A DNA stretch of 63,419 bases, the filler included, from Octopus bimaculoides (taxonomy: Eukaryota): NCBI RefSeq assembly GCF_001194135.2. It is 4 parts of 3 records of this genome, joined end to end, with 100 filler letters (N's around TTAATTAATTAA, not from the genome) between each part and the next. Parts side by side here need not be neighbours in the genome. Positions count along the whole stretch, not along the records: positions 58,532 to 63,419 come from NC_068994.1; 3 more parts are not named here. One strand, written 5' to 3'. Shown here in pieces: positions 60,781 through 63,419 of the stretch (positions are counted from its first letter, which is position 1; every line of letters starts with the position of its first letter). Position numbers and translations under genes: made by a program. The notes under the pieces are model-generated. The model worked only from the letters and a program-made list of their open reading frames with translations. It was not told the origin of the DNA and made no database searches.

Positions 60781-63130
60781 GTGAATAAGAGAAAAAGAGA
60801 GAAAGAGAGAGAGAGAGAGAGCGAAAGATAGGGGGATGTAGTAATTGTCTAATCCCAGGTCAGCCGCAATAAAGTAGATCTACCAGTCACCTTTTATTTA
60901 TGTTCAACAACAGTAACAAAAACAACTGCAGAAGCAGCAGCAGCAGCAGTAACAGCAATAGTAGCAACAACAACAACAGCAGCAGCAGGCACTCTTTTGT
61001 TGAGATATTAAACATATTTAAGAAACCATTTATCTCTTGTTCAACTTTCTAGAAATAATATCTAAATCGCCCTTAAACCAAACCTTACGTTAAAAAAGGA
61101 AGGATACGTCGAATAATGTAGTCCTAAAATAAGATGGAATGTCTTTGATCATAGATTTGGACATTCAGAACTAGCCTAGGGCTAAACAACATATACAGTA
61201 TATTAAAAATTCTTGTATCATGTGACTATAAACCTCTTTTAGTATTTCTCTTTGTTTCTCCTCGTATCCCTCCTTAATTAGATAACTGCAATACACGAAT
61301 CACAGCTGAAGGGGTGCCTCATGTGCAAACGAGGGTAGGCTTACGTATTAGAATGAGGAAGCATTACAATCAAACAAGGGTAGCCTCTTGTGTCATTGGG
61401 GTGTCTTACGTGCTAACGAGGGAGTTTGAAGAACCAAGAGGAGTAACTCCGCGTGTCAAGAGGAGGAAGTTTCGTGAGTTAACGGGGAGCTCTACATGGT
61501 TACTCAACAAGCTAGATATAACAAACGAATCTCCCTCAAATCACCCTACATCATCTTAAAAAGCAAAGGACACATCGGATAACGTAGACTTCTACGTCAA
61601 CCACTAAAACGTTGATATACTGCTCGATCAAAAACGACCTAGGGTTAAACAACAATTCTCTTTCCTGTTATTCTATTTGTTTTAATTTTGTTATTCATTA
61701 TATTTTCACTTTCTTTATTTCTTTCGCTATTTCCTTCTCACCCGCCCTTGCACTACCACCTAACTTCTGGTTGTCCTTACTTCACTCAACATGAGCCACT
61801 GCCCCACTTTGTAGAGAAAGAATTTTAAGGAGTTTTCTCTGCGTAGGATTCAACAGCATCACCACCACCAACATCACTATCATTATCACCACCAGGTGGT
61901 CTCCTAACTGGCTTAGGATTTCAAGAATCCTGCCAGCAGGAACTGACTTCAGGCTCAGCGGTGTCAAACGACATGGAGTAATGTTTCGTCTGGTTTTGGG
62001 CTTAATTTTACAAAACTGTAAAATTTTGAAACAAAATATATATCGTTAATATGCGTTCAAAATCGGAGTCAGACAGTCCGGTTTAACACGAGTTCCGGTT
62101 CGATAAATCAACGCACCTTACATAATTTTTTGACATTGTTTGTAATCAATGAAAAAGGTTATGAATCCGTAGACTACAATATACGCCCTATTTCCTCTTT
62201 ATTTTGTTTATACGCGCCGAGCCAAACAGTCGACTTTATTTATTTTGTTTTTAAAATTTACGAACGTATTCGTATGAAAATATTCAAATTTCGTAAATCT
62301 GGCGCCTCAGATGTCTGGATACATGTGTGTGGGTGGGGATGGATTTGTGTACACACACACACACACACATACACACACATNNNNNNNNNNNNNNNNNNNN
62401 NNNNNNNNNNNNNNNNNNNNNNNNNNNNNNNNNNNNNNNNNNNNNNNNNNNNNNNNNNNNNNNNNNNNNNNNNNNNNNNNNNNNNNNNNNNNNNNNNNNN
62501 NNNNNNNNNNNNNNNNNNNNNNNNNNNNNNNNNNNNNNNNNNNNNNNNNNNNNNNNNNNNNNNNNNNNNNNNNNNNNNNNNNNNNNNNNNNNNNNNNNNN
62601 NNNNNNNNNNNNNNNNNNNNNNNNNNNNNNNNNNNNNNNNNNNNNNNNNNNNNNNNNNNNNNNNNNNNNNNNNNNNNNNNNNNNNNNNNNNNNNNNNNNN
62701 NNNNNNNNNNNNNNNNNNNNNNNNNNNNNNNNNNNNNNNNNNNNNNNNNNNNNNNNNNNNNNNNNNNNNNNNNNNNNNNNNNNNNNNNNNNNNNNNNNNN
62801 NNNNNNNNNNNNNNNNNNNNNNNNNNNNNNNNNNNNNNNNNNNNNNNNNNNNNNNNNNNNNNNNNNNNNNNNNNNNNNNNNNNNNNNNNNNNNNNNNNNN
62901 NNNNNNNNNNNNNNNNNNNNNNNNNNNNNNNNNNNNNNNNNNNNNNNNNNNNNNNNNNNNNNNNNNNNNNNNNNNNNNNNNNNNNNNNNNNNNNNNNNNN
63001 NNNNNNNNNNNNNNNNNNNNNNNNNNNNNNNNNNNNNNNNNNNNNNNNNNNNNNNNNNNNNNNNNNNNNNNNNNNNNNNNNNNNNNNNNNNNNNNNNNNN
63101 NNNNNNNNNNNNNNNNNNNNNNNNNNNNNN

Positions 63131-63320
63131 ACAAGTGAGTCGGGAATTTGAATTCGGAACGTACGTCTTTACGTTCTGAGTTCAAATTCCGCCGAGATTG
63201 ACTTCCCTTTTTATTTCTTTCGGGGTCGATAAAATAAGTACCAGTTGAGCACTGGCGTCGATGTAATTGACTTACCCCTCCTCGAAGACGCTGGTCTTAT
63301 GCCAAAGTTTGAAACCAATA
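63131..63320 (+). mobile_element. SINE family A copy
   Basis: TTTACGTTCTGAGTTCAAATTCCGCCGAGATTGACTT...TTTCGGGGTCGATAAAATAAGTACCAGTTGAGCACTGGCGTCGATGTAATTGACTTACCCCTCC. Confidence 0.9.
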
Positions 63321-63419
63321 TTATGAAAAAAACGTAAATTACATTAAAATGTTTATTTATTGAAATGGGATAACAAATACGTGTGTGAGTGTGCGCGCGA
63401 GAGAGAGTGTGTGTGCGCG

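Noticed and set aside
1-63419. Most ORF-track entries (YIYI, VCVC, THTH, poly-X, poly-I/N/D/K/E)
   Set aside because: They are translations of microsatellites or N gaps, or antisense frames of TE fragments.

Overview
This is AT-rich eukaryotic DNA with many assembly gaps, not a prokaryotic locus. The SINE families, dense (TA)/(CA)/(AAT)/(AGT) microsatellites and TTAATTAATTAA gap linkers suggest an octopod assembly such as Octopus bimaculoides (inferred from repeat style, not from a search). I could not recognise any intact protein-coding gene. Almost all ORF-track entries are microsatellite, gap or antisense artefacts. What can be read is decayed transposon protein: two mariner transposases, one Tc1/maT-like transposase, at least five R4/Dong-type fragments, one CR1 RT, one RTE with an inverted 5' part, and several very old LINE remnants. 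There are also more than 30 tRNA-derived SINE copies, a probable Helentron/DINE-like element, and some low-confidence short exon candidates. The most interesting signal is five hammerhead-ribozyme-like motifs of the minimal Penelope/retrozyme type. One (48267-48309) has a perfect stem I and intact core, and two lie in opposite orientations inside a fold-back element (5270-5890). All calls come from manual reading and translation. No alignments, folding or database searches were run, and most TE boundaries are approximate.
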